DNA of 64,000 bases, taken from Planctomycetota bacterium. Its GTDB lineage: Bacteria > Planctomycetota > SZUA-567 > H5-PLA8. A program made the position numbers and the translations under genes. The stretch lies in contig JACQFI010000115.1 of NCBI GenBank assembly GCA_016200135.1, forward strand, positions 1 to 64,000, written 5' to 3'. Below the pieces are notes generated by a model, which was given only the letters and a program-made list of their open reading frames with translations, was not told the origin of the DNA and did not search any database. Positions 9,094-19,639 of the stretch are shown here, piece after piece; the first letter of the stretch is position 1; each line of letters begins with the position of its first letter.

Positions 9094-11970
9094 CTACTTT
9101 GTGGCCGCACTCACCGGGGCGTCGAAGAACACGCCGCCTGCCGCGGCGGTGGAACCCTCTCCGCCGGTGGTTCTGATGAACCGCAAGATAACAGATCCCT
9201 TGATATTCCAAACCAGATACCTGCCCTTGTTGTCCTTGAACTCGACGGTCTGTGTGTTCAGCACAGCTCCGGTATCGGGATTAAGCACCTCTACAGTCAG
9301 GATTGCGCCCCAGTGAAAACCGTAAACGGCAACCTGATGTTCCTTGCCGTCTGTGAGATCAATAGTGGCCTCGAACTGATCCTCAGAAGTCCATAATCTG
9401 ACGGTACGATCCAGAGCCGCTCCGGATTTTTGCAAGTAGCGCTCATCCTTGGGGTTCGCCGCCCACGGCGTTGCTTCTAACGCTTTCGTCAGCTTCACAG
9501 CCGCATAGGAGGGCGCGGCCGAAGCCTTGTCGCCGGCGATAACCGCGCCATCCTTGCCGTAAATGCCTTTCCAGTTCCCGAGGGTGGCCTCGTCCATCTT
9601 GACGAACGTGGCTGCCGGCCGCTGGGGCTCGACCACCGTATGATTCAACGTCGCCCGCCGGGGCTCGCCTTTTTCCACCGGGAAACAGGTATAAGTCAAA
9701 TTGATCGTATCGCCGGGCTTCCATGCCTTATCCGTGGTCAGGAGGACGTCCTTGAGCTTTGGATCGAGCGTGACGTCGGTGACCTTCGCGCCGGAAACGG
9801 CATAGGTTCCGGCCTTGTTCCAAGCGCCGTCCGGCAACAGGGGCAGGTCGCTGGACAGAATGATAGTGCGGTCCAAGCATATTCGCACCTTCAACTGGCG
9901 TGGCGTGTTCCAAACGAATGCGGGGACCGGTTTGCCGTTCTTGCCGGAAAGCGAATTGGCGGCCGGGAGCGAGACGCTGAACGGCGCCACGGCGTCCTTG
10001 ATATCCACAGCGATCGTGTCGCCGTCCACCTTCGCTTTGGCCGGATTTGAGACCCCTGCGGCATCGACAATCTGGAGGTCGTTCAAGCCGGATTTGACCA
10101 ACAATTCTCCGCCGGTCTGCCTGAACCGAAAGGTGAGCAAGTCCTTAGTCGCTTCCACGCCGCCGAGATAAATGCCGTGTTCCCGCAGATCAAAGCAGGC
10201 CACGCTGTCAAGCAGGCGCGTGAACAACTTCCCGTCCGAAAAGGCCGAGGCGCACATGAGGCACGCCTGCGGATCGAATCGGCCCAGCTCGATGTACTTC
10301 TCGGGCGTGGCCTTGAACATGATGAGCGGAGCGCCGCCGAGATAAATATGGGGACCGGTGCCTCCCATCTGGCCGATGACCTTTCCGTCAGCCAGCAGCG
10401 GTGGGGAGATCGTGTAATCAATGCTGTTCTTCCAGTTCACTTCGCCCGTCTTGAAATCTACACATTGGCGCATCATGTACAGGTGCTCCTGGCAGACGAC
10501 ATCGCCTTCGTAGTGGGCAAACCCCTTCTGCCAGAGCAATTCCGCACCAGTCGTCGACAGCTTATAGGCCTTGGTTCCGCCATACTCTTTGGAAAACCCA
10601 TGGCCGCTCAAACTTGGCCAAGGGACCGGCATGATCAGGGTGTCGCCATCCAGCGACGGAAACCATCCGGTGGGACCTTTCACGCTCCAGAGCTTTTTCC
10701 CGGTCTTCAGTTCGAGACAGGCAAAGTACCGGTCGCCTTCGTGGACGATGAGATGGTTCGTGCCACCGGAGGACCACACAACCGGGAAATTCCAGGCGTT
10801 GTCCCGTTCCCTCGCGCGCTGCGGACGGTCTTTGTTCTTCCAGAGTACAGCGCCGTTCTCGGCACTGTATGCGCACCCGCGGCCGTTGTCATAGACGACG
10901 CCGTCGGCAACCAGCAGCGCGGAGTGCGCGAAATCGCCCGGCACCTGCCACAAAAGCGCGCCGTCCTTCACCGCGAAACAGTACACGCTGAACGCCCCGG
11001 CCACGAAACAGCGGTCGCCGGCCACGGCCGGAGTGCTGCAAGCGCCGAGGAGGGAACAGGCCGCATCTTCCAATGGAATCTTCGTCACCGCGGCCGCATC
11101 GAGGGGAAAATCTTTCCGCCAGAGGGTCTTGCCTGTTGCGGCATCCAGGCAGAAGACGGTGTCCGACCACTTAAAGCAGCGTTTCCAGGACGTGTAGGCG
11201 GGGTACGTCTCGCAGAGGGTAGAGGCGTCGTTGGAAATCTTCCTTAACTCATTCGCCCACTTGTACCGGCTGCGATACCGGGTGTCGCGCAATTTGCTCA
11301 GTTTGCCAAGCGTGTCCCAGGTCTGGCCGGCGGGAACGCCATATCCACCTTTGCACGCGATACAGAGGCGCTTCCGGATGTAATCGCCGTATTTCTTGGC
11401 GTCTTCCGGTTTCAGCGTGGCGACAAAATCCTTGATGTACTTGTCCAACTCCGGCTTCTTGGCGAGAAAAGCATCCAGCGCGCCTTCTTTCTTGGACTGC
11501 GCGAGGTCGTACCACGCCCACCCGGCACTGCTGGGCCGGTCCTTGGAGGCCCACGCTTCTTCTATCTTCTTCGCTAAGTCCTCGGGAATATCCGGCAACC
11601 AACCCGCATCCAGCAGGAGCTCCGTGGTAATGAAACGGTACCCGTCCTGCGGCGCGATGCCCGTCGCAGCGTCGATCCCATCGACGGGCCACTTCGCGCT
11701 GGCGTACACAAACACCCTTCCGTCCGCCATTACAGGATCGCCGCAACCGCCCTCGTCGTAACCGGGTATCCATTCGCTCTTCCACAGGAGCGGCGGGCCT
11801 TCTTTGGGCCAGGTGTCCATCAATTTCGGACTGTTCACGACGATGCCACAGCCGTTCGGCCCGCGCCGCTGGGGCCAGCCGGAGTTCGACGGAGCCTCCG
11901 TGCCGAAGGCCGCGAAGGCTGCCGTAAGGCCAAAGGCCAGGAAGATTCGCGAGAGGACTTGCTTGCGCAT
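9094..11970 (-). CDS. Secreted PQQ-like beta-propeller repeat protein, long form
   Basis: Paralog: signal peptide, GWPQRRGPNG motif, propeller blades, and the conserved C-terminal motif FVKMDEATLGNWKGIYGKDGAVIAGD. Confidence 0.8.
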   Translation of the reverse strand: MRKQVLSRIFLAFGLTAAFAAFGTEAPSNSGWPQRRGPNGCGIVVNSPKLMDTWPKEGPPLLWKSEWIPGYDEGGCGDPVMADGRVFVYASAKWPVDGIDAATGIAPQDGYRFITTELLLDAGWLPDIPEDLAKKIEEAWASKDRPSSAGWAWYDLAQSKKEGALDAFLAKKPELDKYIKDFVATLKPEDAKKYGDYIRKRLCIACKGGYGVPAGQTWDTLGKLSKLRDTRYRSRYKWANELRKISNDASTLCETYPAYTSWKRCFKWSDTVFCLDAATGKTLWRKDFPLDAAAVTKIPLEDAACSLLGACSTPAVAGDRCFVAGAFSVYCFAVKDGALLWQVPGDFAHSALLVADGVVYDNGRGCAYSAENGAVLWKNKDRPQRARERDNAWNFPVVWSSGGTNHLIVHEGDRYFACLELKTGKKLWSVKGPTGWFPSLDGDTLIMPVPWPSLSGHGFSKEYGGTKAYKLSTTGAELLWQKGFAHYEGDVVCQEHLYMMRQCVDFKTGEVNWKNSIDYTISPPLLADGKVIGQMGGTGPHIYLGGAPLIMFKATPEKYIELGRFDPQACLMCASAFSDGKLFTRLLDSVACFDLREHGIYLGGVEATKDLLTFRFRQTGGELLVKSGLNDLQIVDAAGVSNPAKAKVDGDTIAVDIKDAVAPFSVSLPAANSLSGKNGKPVPAFVWNTPRQLKVRICLDRTIILSSDLPLLPDGAWNKAGTYAVSGAKVTDVTLDPKLKDVLLTTDKAWKPGDTINLTYTCFPVEKGEPRRATLNHTVVEPQRPAATFVKMDEATLGNWKGIYGKDGAVIAGDKASAAPSYAAVKLTKALEATPWAANPKDERYLQKSGAALDRTVRLWTSEDQFEATIDLTDGKEHQVAVYGFHWGAILTVEVLNPDTGAVLNTQTVEFKDNKGRYLVWNIKGSVILRFIRTTGGEGSTAAAGGVFFDAPVSAATK

Positions 11971-12096
11971 GTTTCAGGCCCCTTTGCACAGGTGAGGCGC
12001 TCACACCTGCATTGAACGGTGTTACGTCTTCCTTCACATACGCCGCCGGCCGAAGAAGGCGGCCTGGAGAAGTCTTTCCTCGGCCCGATAGTCATT

Positions 12097-12112
12097 TTCT
12101 GTGCTAGAAAAT
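12097..12112 (-). promoter_or_regulatory. Conserved upstream motif TTCTGTGCTAGAAAAT (extended: TCATTTTCTGTGCTAGAAAAT), copy 1, ~127 bp upstream of the 9094-11970 start codon
   Basis: The identical 16-mer recurs at 16905-16920 and 26044-26059, each ~126-129 bp upstream of a long-form propeller paralog. The outer arms TTTTCT/AGAAAA form an inverted repeat. Confidence 0.45.
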
Positions 12113-12179
12113 GCAGCGGACGGCACTGGGCGCCTGCGGGAGGCCGGAACGGCCCGCCATGGTCTTGGAAGCTACGCGA

Positions 12180-13955
12180 TCAAGGCGCGCGGAGATTGTA
12201 GCAGGCGATGACGTCGTTCTGGCGGAGGATGAGCGCGCCGCCGCTTAAGGCAGGAGAGGTCAGCGGGCACAGCTTGGGATCGAACTCGGCCAGGCGGGTG
12301 AATTCCGCGCCGGGCGCAGCGTTGGCGCTGAGCAGTTCGAGGCTGAACGTGTGCCCGCCATGCGGGCGGCTGATGACGTTGATCAGTTTGCCGTCGATGG
12401 TGACGGGACAAGAGGTCCCGCCTTCGCTGTTCTTGTACACTGGGCTGGTCCACTTCTGTTCGCCGGTCTTCAGGTCCAGGCAGTAGAAGGTGGTGGGGCC
12501 GAACTCGCGGATGTTCGAGTACACGTACAGATTATTCTGCGCGACGGTGTAGGTTCCCCAGCCGCCGACGGGTTTCTTCCAGAGCAGTTCCGCCTTGTCC
12601 GGCGACAGCTTGTAGGCGCGCACTTCCGTCGGCGAACCCATGATGGCGGCCAGGATATCGCCGCATACGACGGGAGAACTCCATTCGCTGGGCACGCCCT
12701 CAAACGTCCAGAGGCTCTTGCCGGTTTCCAGATCGAGGCAACACCACGCGTTGTTGCCGTCCGTGGAGATGACGCACGGCCTGCCCTGCGAGACCCACAG
12801 GGCGGGCGAGATGAACTTGCCCTTGGCCCAGACCGCCCACGAGGATTTCCAGGCCGGATTCGTCCAGAGCACCTTGCCGGTATTCGCGCTGTAGGCGGAT
12901 CCGTAGTGATAGACGATGCCATTGGCGGCCAGCGGCGAGGCGTGCGCCGGCTCGGTCTTGGCCTGCCACAGAAGGCTGCCGTCCTTGGCCGAGAGGCAAT
13001 ACAGCCCCGCCATGCCGGCGGCAAAACACATCCCGTCGAGCACGGCCGGCGTGCCGCTCGCGCCGATCTCGAGAAAACCGCCTTGGGGAATGCCGCGCCG
13101 GCCTTTGAGTGCCGTCCAGTCCGCGGGAAAGTCTTTCTTCCAGAGCGTCTTGCCGGTAGCGGCATCCAAGCAAAGAATGGTGTCCATCGGTTTGCATGCG
13201 CGCATCCAGACATTCTTGGAGAACGATCCGAGCACGCCTTGATGGCCGTCCCAGGCGTCCTTCCCGCACAGGAGCGCGGTCTTCTTTGAGTTCCATTCGA
13301 AGATGGACTCGATTTCCGTGTCTCGCAGCGTGCTCATCTTGACCAGTTCATCCCAGGTATACTCGGTCCCGTTCATGCAGAAGCGGCGCTTGATGTACGC
13401 GCCGTACTTTTGGGCATCCTGAGGGGGCAGCGTGCCGATGAAATCCTTCACATACTTGTTCAGCTCCGGGGTCTTCTCGATGAACGCGACGATGTCAGCG
13501 TCTTTGGGGGCTTCGACGTCGTACCAGGCCGGCGCGCCGCGGGTCGCCGGCCGCGCCAATCTCGCGGTCTCGATCTTCTTCGCCAGTTCGTCGGGAAGAT
13601 CGGGCAGCCAGCCGGCGTCGATCAGGGCTTCCGTGGTAATGGGCTTGAATTTCTTGCCACCACCGATGGGTTGCCTGGCATTGAAATAAAGAAACACTTT
13701 CCCATCCGCCACGACGGGACTGCCGCAGCCGGCCTCCTCGTAACCGGGGATCGGCTCGCTCTTCCAAACTAGCGGCGGGCCTTCCTTGGGCCACTCATCG
13801 AGCAGCTTAGGGCTGGCGAGCGCGGCGCCGTCGCGGTTGGGGCCGCGCCACTGGGGCCAGTCGGAGTATTGCGGCGTCTCGGCGCTCAGGAGCGTGGATG
13901 CACTCCACGCACACCATAGAAGAGCCCAAGCTGCACCATTCGACGCGTTGCTCAT
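12180..13955 (-). CDS. Secreted PQQ-like beta-propeller repeat protein, short form (propeller only)
   Basis: Signal peptide followed by YSDWPQWRGPNRDG. 591 aa, lacking the C-terminal extension. Only 16 nt separate it from the upstream paralog. Confidence 0.8.
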   Translation of the reverse strand: MSNASNGAAWALLWCAWSASTLLSAETPQYSDWPQWRGPNRDGAALASPKLLDEWPKEGPPLVWKSEPIPGYEEAGCGSPVVADGKVFLYFNARQPIGGGKKFKPITTEALIDAGWLPDLPDELAKKIETARLARPATRGAPAWYDVEAPKDADIVAFIEKTPELNKYVKDFIGTLPPQDAQKYGAYIKRRFCMNGTEYTWDELVKMSTLRDTEIESIFEWNSKKTALLCGKDAWDGHQGVLGSFSKNVWMRACKPMDTILCLDAATGKTLWKKDFPADWTALKGRRGIPQGGFLEIGASGTPAVLDGMCFAAGMAGLYCLSAKDGSLLWQAKTEPAHASPLAANGIVYHYGSAYSANTGKVLWTNPAWKSSWAVWAKGKFISPALWVSQGRPCVISTDGNNAWCCLDLETGKSLWTFEGVPSEWSSPVVCGDILAAIMGSPTEVRAYKLSPDKAELLWKKPVGGWGTYTVAQNNLYVYSNIREFGPTTFYCLDLKTGEQKWTSPVYKNSEGGTSCPVTIDGKLINVISRPHGGHTFSLELLSANAAPGAEFTRLAEFDPKLCPLTSPALSGGALILRQNDVIACYNLRAP

Positions 13956-13971
13956 GTGCGTGCTTTTTCCA

Positions 13972-16779
13972 CTATTTTGTTACCGTGGTGGGAGAATCGA
14001 AAAAAACGCCGCTCGCTTTAGCGAAGATGGAATGCCAATGGGGTCCATTCTTGCTCGACAGGCGCAGGATCACGCTTCCTTTGACATTCCAGATCAGATA
14101 GCGACTGGTGCTATCGGCGCGATTGACCTCCTGGGTATCCAAAACCGCTTTTGTGTCGGCGTCTTGAACCTCTACCTGCATTCCTTCGAAACTGCAAAAG
14201 CTGATATAAAGCGCCACCTGATGTTCCTTTCCATCCGTGACATCGATATCAATGAACATCTGGTCGAAGGAAACCCAATGCTTGACGGCGCGTCCTTGAG
14301 CGCCGCCCACTTTCTGCAAATAGCGGGGATCCGCGGCATTTACCGCCCAGGGAGTCTCATCGCTCTTTCCCCGAACCGCCACGATTGCGCCCTTAGGCGC
14401 CGCCGTGTCCGGTTCGCCGGCGATCACCGCTCCCTCGGCGCCGTAGACCCCCTTCCAATTTCCGGAAGTGGCCTCATCCACCTTCACGAACTTGGCCGCC
14501 GCGCGTTGGACTTCGGCGACGGTGGCGGTCAGTTTCTCGATTCGCACGTCCCCTGCATCGACTGCGAAGCACGGATACGTTATGCTGATCGCCTCGCCGA
14601 TTTTCCATTTCCTGTCCGTCGTCAGGCTGACGCTCTTGCCCGACGGATCGAGCACGGCGGCGGTGACTTTTGCGCCGTCGATGGAATACGTGCCGGGCTT
14701 GTCCCAATTTCCGACTTGTGGAAGGGGAAGATTGCCCGTCAGCACGAGGGTGTTGTCAAAACACTTCTTGCACTTCAGAAGGCGCGCTTCATTCCATTCG
14801 AACGCCGGCACGGCCAGACCGCTTTTTGCCGCCAACGCGCCGCCCGTGCAGGAGATGTTGAACGGCGCGGCGGCACCCCGGATATCGACCACGATGGTGT
14901 CTCCCGCGATCGTCGCCTGGGCCGGTTTTTCTGCGCCGGCGGCATCGTTGATCTTGAGGCCCGCCGCGTCTTTGACGGACAGCCCCCCGCCCGTCTGCTT
15001 GAAGCGGAAGGTGAGTGCGTCCTTCGCCGCAGTCACGCCTTCGAGATAGACGCCGTGCTCCCGCAAGTCATAGCAGGCGATGCCGTCGAGCAGGCGCGTG
15101 TAGATCTTTCCGTCCGCAAAAGCCGGATAACACATGATGCTGGCCTGCGGATTGAAACTGCCCAGCTCGGCGTACTTCTCGGGGGTGGCTTTGTACATTC
15201 CAAACGGTACTGATTCAGCGCTGACACTATTGTTAAAACCGAAGATCTTCCCGTCGGCCAGGATTTGAGCGTTAAAGATTTCTCTGCCTCTTAATTTCCA
15301 ATTCTCGTTGCCCGTCCTGAAATCCACACAGATGCCCGGAGAATACAGATGGTCCAGGTAAACAACCGAATCAGATAACCCAAGGGATGCTTTCCAGAGC
15401 AACTCGGTTCCGGCCGGCAACATCTTGAACGCCGCAGCACGACCATTCGTGGACGCTTCTATTAGAGTGCCGTCATGAACCGTGGGACTGGAATTTATTT
15501 CGCCTTTCAAGGTCCATTTGACTTCCCCTGTCTTCAGGCTCAGGCACACATAAGCTTCGCGCCCATTGGAGGTGATAACGTATTTCTCGCCGCCCGATGT
15601 CCACAAGAGGGGCGAACTGTATCGTGCGCCGGATTCATCTCTAATATGCTTGCCATCGCCAATCACCCACGCGGAATTTTTCCACAGTAATTTGCCGGTT
15701 TCGGCGTCGTATGCGCACCCGATGTGATAAACGATGCCGTCGGCGATCAGCGGCGAGGCATGCTCCGGACCGCCTTTGACTTGCCACAACAGGGAGCCGT
15801 CTTTAACCGACAGGCAGTACAGTCCCATGGACCCGACCATGTAGCACTTGCCACCCCAGACCGCCGGCGTGGCGCAGGCGCCCAAGGCATCAAACACCCA
15901 CCATTGAACCCCGGGATCTTTCAATACAGCCGGGTCCACCGGGAAAACCTTCCTCCAGAGCTCTTTGCCTGTGGCGGCCTCCAGGCAGATCATGGCATCC
16001 GACCACGTGAAGGCGCGCGTCCAAGCCGCGTAGAAGTTGGATGAAAAAGTAATGTGGTGGGAGAGACCGAACCCGCCCACGTCCTTCAATGCCGCCACCC
16101 ACTCTACGCAGGACTTGTGCCCCACGTCCCGCAGTTTGTTCATCTTCTCCAACTGCTCCCAACTCAGGCCGTCCGGAACGCCAAACTTCCTTTTCGGCGT
16201 ATCAATGCAAAGTCGCCTTTGGATGAAGTCGCCGTATTTCTTGGCGTTCTCCGGACTCAGTGTGGCGATGAAATCCTTGATGTATTTGTCCAGCTCGGGT
16301 TTCTTCGCGAGCAGAGCATCCAAATCTGCCTTCTTAGACTTGTCGGGATCCCACCAGCGCCAGTCCGTGACGGGTCGGTCCTTTGAAGCCCAGGCTTCTT
16401 CTACCTTTTTCGCCAGATCGGCGGGCACATCCGGACACCAGCCCCAGTCGGCCAGAAGCTCCGCGGTTACGAATTTGAACGTGTCTCCGCCAGCGACCGG
16501 CAGTTTGTTGGAATAGACAAAAACTTTTCCGTCCGCCACTACCGGAGCGCCCAGGCCGCCGTCGCGATAGGAGGGAACCAGTCCACTCTTCCAGAGCAGC
16601 GGCGGCCCTTCTTTGGGCCAGGCGTCGAGCAGCTTTGGGCTGTTGACCGCGATGCCGTCGCGATTCGGACCGCGAAACTGCGGCCAGTCGGAACTCGGTT
16701 CCGGCTCCGCTCCGAAGGCGGCGTAGGCCGATACAAGTCCGCAGGCGAGGAGGATTCGCTGGAGCGAGTAGGGGCACAT
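13972..16779 (-). CDS. Secreted PQQ-like beta-propeller repeat protein, long form
   Basis: The ORF extends to 16896, but the start at Met 16779 (MCPYSLQRILLACGLVSAYAAFG-AEPEPSSDWPQFRGPNRDG) gives a canonical ~24-aa signal peptide like the paralogs. The C-terminus carries FVKVDEATSGNWKGVYGAEGAVIAGE. Confidence 0.75.
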   Translation of the reverse strand: MCPYSLQRILLACGLVSAYAAFGAEPEPSSDWPQFRGPNRDGIAVNSPKLLDAWPKEGPPLLWKSGLVPSYRDGGLGAPVVADGKVFVYSNKLPVAGGDTFKFVTAELLADWGWCPDVPADLAKKVEEAWASKDRPVTDWRWWDPDKSKKADLDALLAKKPELDKYIKDFIATLSPENAKKYGDFIQRRLCIDTPKRKFGVPDGLSWEQLEKMNKLRDVGHKSCVEWVAALKDVGGFGLSHHITFSSNFYAAWTRAFTWSDAMICLEAATGKELWRKVFPVDPAVLKDPGVQWWVFDALGACATPAVWGGKCYMVGSMGLYCLSVKDGSLLWQVKGGPEHASPLIADGIVYHIGCAYDAETGKLLWKNSAWVIGDGKHIRDESGARYSSPLLWTSGGEKYVITSNGREAYVCLSLKTGEVKWTLKGEINSSPTVHDGTLIEASTNGRAAAFKMLPAGTELLWKASLGLSDSVVYLDHLYSPGICVDFRTGNENWKLRGREIFNAQILADGKIFGFNNSVSAESVPFGMYKATPEKYAELGSFNPQASIMCYPAFADGKIYTRLLDGIACYDLREHGVYLEGVTAAKDALTFRFKQTGGGLSVKDAAGLKINDAAGAEKPAQATIAGDTIVVDIRGAAAPFNISCTGGALAAKSGLAVPAFEWNEARLLKCKKCFDNTLVLTGNLPLPQVGNWDKPGTYSIDGAKVTAAVLDPSGKSVSLTTDRKWKIGEAISITYPCFAVDAGDVRIEKLTATVAEVQRAAAKFVKVDEATSGNWKGVYGAEGAVIAGEPDTAAPKGAIVAVRGKSDETPWAVNAADPRYLQKVGGAQGRAVKHWVSFDQMFIDIDVTDGKEHQVALYISFCSFEGMQVEVQDADTKAVLDTQEVNRADSTSRYLIWNVKGSVILRLSSKNGPHWHSIFAKASGVFFDSPTTVTK

Positions 16780-16904
16780 GACTTCAGTCCTTTGCATGAG
16801 CGTCAGAATCACATGTGCTTTAATCACCGCTTCGTCCATTGTCGTATACTCCGGCCAAGGTATGCACAGACCTCTAGAAAGAGAGCCGTGGGTCAATAAG
16901 TATA

Positions 16905-16920
16905 TTCTGTGCTAGAAAAT
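16905..16920 (-). promoter_or_regulatory. Conserved upstream motif TTCTGTGCTAGAAAAT, copy 2 (~126 bp upstream of the 16779 start)
   Basis: Exact 16-mer match to copies at 12097 and 26044. An additional half-site-like CTAGAAA lies at 16873-16879. Confidence 0.45.
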
Positions 16921-16976
16921 TACGGTACTGCCCTCTCGGTTCTCCAGACGGCGAAGCGAGGCGCCGGCGCTCCAAA

Positions 16977-19634
16977 CTACTTGGACGGCTCGGGCGGATC
17001 GATGAAGACGCCGCTGACCGCGGCTTCGCTCAGGTAGGTGTTGAGGAAATGCAGCGTCACATGGCCTTTGAGGTTCCAGACGAGGTATTTGCCGTTGCGG
17101 AAGGCTTTTAAGGTCTGCGAATCGAGCACCGCTTTAGTGCCGAAATCCCGCACGTCCACGCGCATCTGGCGTTCGTAGTTCCCGGTGGCATCCAGGCAAT
17201 AGAAGGCGACGCGGTGCTCCTTGCCGTCCGGCAGCGCGACGTCGATCTCGAACATGTCGGCCGCCCAGTAGGCGCCGCTGCGGTCTTTGGAATCGCCCGG
17301 CTTGAGCTGGTTCCGGGGTTCGGCGGGGGGAATCACGGCGTTGGCCCAGGTCCTCCAGACGTCGTCGCGCTTGTTAGACGCGGTCACCACGGCCAGGCTC
17401 GCGGGCGGCGCTTCCTTTTCGAGCGGAATCACGACGCCTTCCGCGCCGTACACGCCCTTCCAGTTGCCCGAGGTCGTCTCGTCGACCTTCACGAACTTCA
17501 CCGACGCGAGCGCGGGATCGGCGGCGGCGGTGAAGGCGAGCTTCTCGCGCGGCGCGTCCCCCGGGCCGTCGAGCACGCCGGCATAGGAGAGCGTTCCCGC
17601 ATCGCCCGGCTTCCAAGCTTTGTCCGTAGTGACGATCACGAACTTGTCGCCGGGGGCGATCTCGACGCGCGCGACGATTGCGCCTTCCACCGCAAAGTTC
17701 GCGGGCGAGTTCCATGCGGTCCTGCGGCCGATGGGCGCGTCGGACTCCAGTACGAGCTGGTTGCCGAAGGAGGTCTTGAACTTCAAATGCACGGGACCTT
17801 TTCCGGCCACGGCGGGCGCCGCGGCGTGGTCCTGTAAGTCGTAGCAGGCAACGCTGTCCAGGAGGCGCACGTACAACTTTCCGCCGGCAAACGCGGGGGA
17901 ACTGAGCGGGCACGCACCGGGATTGAACTGTCCAAGCTGCGCGTAGGGTTCATTGGGCGTCGCGCGAAGCATCTCGACCGCGAAGCCCTTGCCGTCGTGG
18001 TACCAAAGGGTGTGCGCACCGCCAAGCGTGCCGTAGATCTTGCCGTCGGCGAGGAAGGGCCAGCAGATGTTCGATTCGGAGACGAAGGTGGAGACGCGCT
18101 TGGCCCAGGCGATCTCGCCCGACTTCGCGTCCACGCAGCGCCAGATGCCGGCGCTCTCGAGCGCATCGAAGAGGTAGACGTGGTCCCGGTCGACGATGCC
18201 GCCGCCCTGGCCGGTACCGTACGTCTGCTTCCAGAGGAGTTCCGTGCCGGACACGGAGATCTTGTAGCATTGCGCGCCTTTGCCGAACTCCCCGGTATTG
18301 ATCAGCAACACGTCGCCATGAAGCACCGGCGCCGCGAAGTGCGTGGAGACTTTCTCGATGGTCCAGGCCGGCTTTCCGGTTTCGAGATCGAGACAGCACC
18401 AGTTGTTAGGGCTGGTGGTGATGACGTATTTGCGTCCGCCCGAGGTCCACAAGAGCGGCGAACTGTAGGTCTGCAGCATCGTCCAGTTGCCGGGCTTCCA
18501 GAGCGGGTTCTGCCAGAGCGGCTTGCCGGTCTCGGCGTTGTACGCCGCGCCGGCGTGGTAGACGATGCCTTCGGCGACGAGCGGCGAGGCGTGCGAGGGC
18601 TCGCGCGGCGTCTGCCACAGCACCGCGCCGTCCTTGGCCGAGAGGGCATAAAGTCCCGCGGCGCCCGCGGCGTAGACCTTGCCGCTCAAGACCGCCGGCG
18701 TGCTACACGAACCGAAGATGCCGAAGCTGCGGTCGTTGCCGATCTTCTTCACCACCGCCGGATCTTCGGGAAAATCTTTCTTCCAGAGGACCTTGCCCGT
18801 CGCGGCGTCGAGACAGACCACGGTGTCCAAAAGTTTGTAGGAGCGTTCCCAGGCCATGCCGTTGAACGCCGAGGTGCTCGCGGCTTTCTGGTGGAAGCTG
18901 TAATGGAAGCCGTTCTTCCCCAGGGCCTTTACGTATTCGCCGTAGGTGGCGAACTCCAGATCGCGCAGCTTGCTCAGCTTGACGAGGTTCTCCCAGGTCT
19001 CGCCGACCATGGCCACCCAGTCGATCGTCACCTTCTCCTTATTGATGCAGAGACGCCGGCGGACGAACGCGCCGTACTTCTTGGCCTCGTCGGGGCTCAA
19101 CGCAGTGGTGAACTCCTTGATGTACTTGTCCAGTTCGGGATTCTTCGCGAGGAACGCGTCCAGGTCCGCGTCCGCAGGCCGTTCGGCGGACCACCAGCGC
19201 CAGCCGGCGCAACTCGGGCGCTTGGGCGAGGCCCAGGCGTCCTCGATCTTCTTCGCTAAGGGATCCGGCAAATCGGGCAGCCAGCCCGCATCGGCGAGCA
19301 CTTCCAACGTGATGGGCTTGTACTTCGTCCCGCCGGCCACCGGCTGCTTCCAATTCACGTAGAGGAAGACCTTACCGTCGGCCACGACCGGGCTGCCCAT
19401 GCCGCCTTCGTCGCAGCCGGGAATCCACTCGCTCTTCCAGAGCTGCGGGGGGCCTTCCTTGGGCCACGCGTCGAGGAGTTTGGGACTCGCCTGCGCGATG
19501 CCATCCCGATTGGGGCCGCGCCACTGCGGCCAATCGGAGGAATCCGTATTCTTTTCCGCCGCCAAGCCGCCGCCGCACAGCACCAAGATCGTTAAAACCA
19601 GCCAATTCATGTTGTTCTTCAATGTTTTATCCAT
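16977..19634 (-). CDS. Secreted PQQ-like beta-propeller repeat protein, long form
   Basis: The start is refined to Met at 19634 (MDKTLKNNMNWLVLTILVLCGGGLAAEKNTDSSDWPQWRGPNRDG), which removes the overlap with the upstream paralog ending at 19640. Contains FVKVDETTSGNWKGVYGAEGVVI. Confidence 0.75.
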   Translation of the reverse strand: MDKTLKNNMNWLVLTILVLCGGGLAAEKNTDSSDWPQWRGPNRDGIAQASPKLLDAWPKEGPPQLWKSEWIPGCDEGGMGSPVVADGKVFLYVNWKQPVAGGTKYKPITLEVLADAGWLPDLPDPLAKKIEDAWASPKRPSCAGWRWWSAERPADADLDAFLAKNPELDKYIKEFTTALSPDEAKKYGAFVRRRLCINKEKVTIDWVAMVGETWENLVKLSKLRDLEFATYGEYVKALGKNGFHYSFHQKAASTSAFNGMAWERSYKLLDTVVCLDAATGKVLWKKDFPEDPAVVKKIGNDRSFGIFGSCSTPAVLSGKVYAAGAAGLYALSAKDGAVLWQTPREPSHASPLVAEGIVYHAGAAYNAETGKPLWQNPLWKPGNWTMLQTYSSPLLWTSGGRKYVITTSPNNWCCLDLETGKPAWTIEKVSTHFAAPVLHGDVLLINTGEFGKGAQCYKISVSGTELLWKQTYGTGQGGGIVDRDHVYLFDALESAGIWRCVDAKSGEIAWAKRVSTFVSESNICWPFLADGKIYGTLGGAHTLWYHDGKGFAVEMLRATPNEPYAQLGQFNPGACPLSSPAFAGGKLYVRLLDSVACYDLQDHAAAPAVAGKGPVHLKFKTSFGNQLVLESDAPIGRRTAWNSPANFAVEGAIVARVEIAPGDKFVIVTTDKAWKPGDAGTLSYAGVLDGPGDAPREKLAFTAAADPALASVKFVKVDETTSGNWKGVYGAEGVVIPLEKEAPPASLAVVTASNKRDDVWRTWANAVIPPAEPRNQLKPGDSKDRSGAYWAADMFEIDVALPDGKEHRVAFYCLDATGNYERQMRVDVRDFGTKAVLDSQTLKAFRNGKYLVWNLKGHVTLHFLNTYLSEAAVSGVFIDPPEPSK

Positions 19635-19639
19635 GCACT

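Noticed and set aside
6460-9396. 978-aa plus-strand ORF antisense to the propeller genes (and similar long antisense/alt-frame ORFs 6068-7939, 7949-9211, 10177-11247, 12351-13289, 13786-15213, 17997-19259, 22127-23209, 23237-25093)
   Set aside because: Gly/Ala/Arg/Val-rich low-complexity translations typical of GC-driven open frames opposite real genes. The sense-strand products have signal peptides and conserved family motifs.
13972-16896. Using the most upstream Met (16896) as the start of the propeller gene
   Set aside because: That start would place the conserved upstream motif only 9 bp from the start codon and add a 39-aa non-signal N-terminus. Met at 16779 gives a canonical signal peptide like all the paralogs and the same ~127-bp motif spacing.
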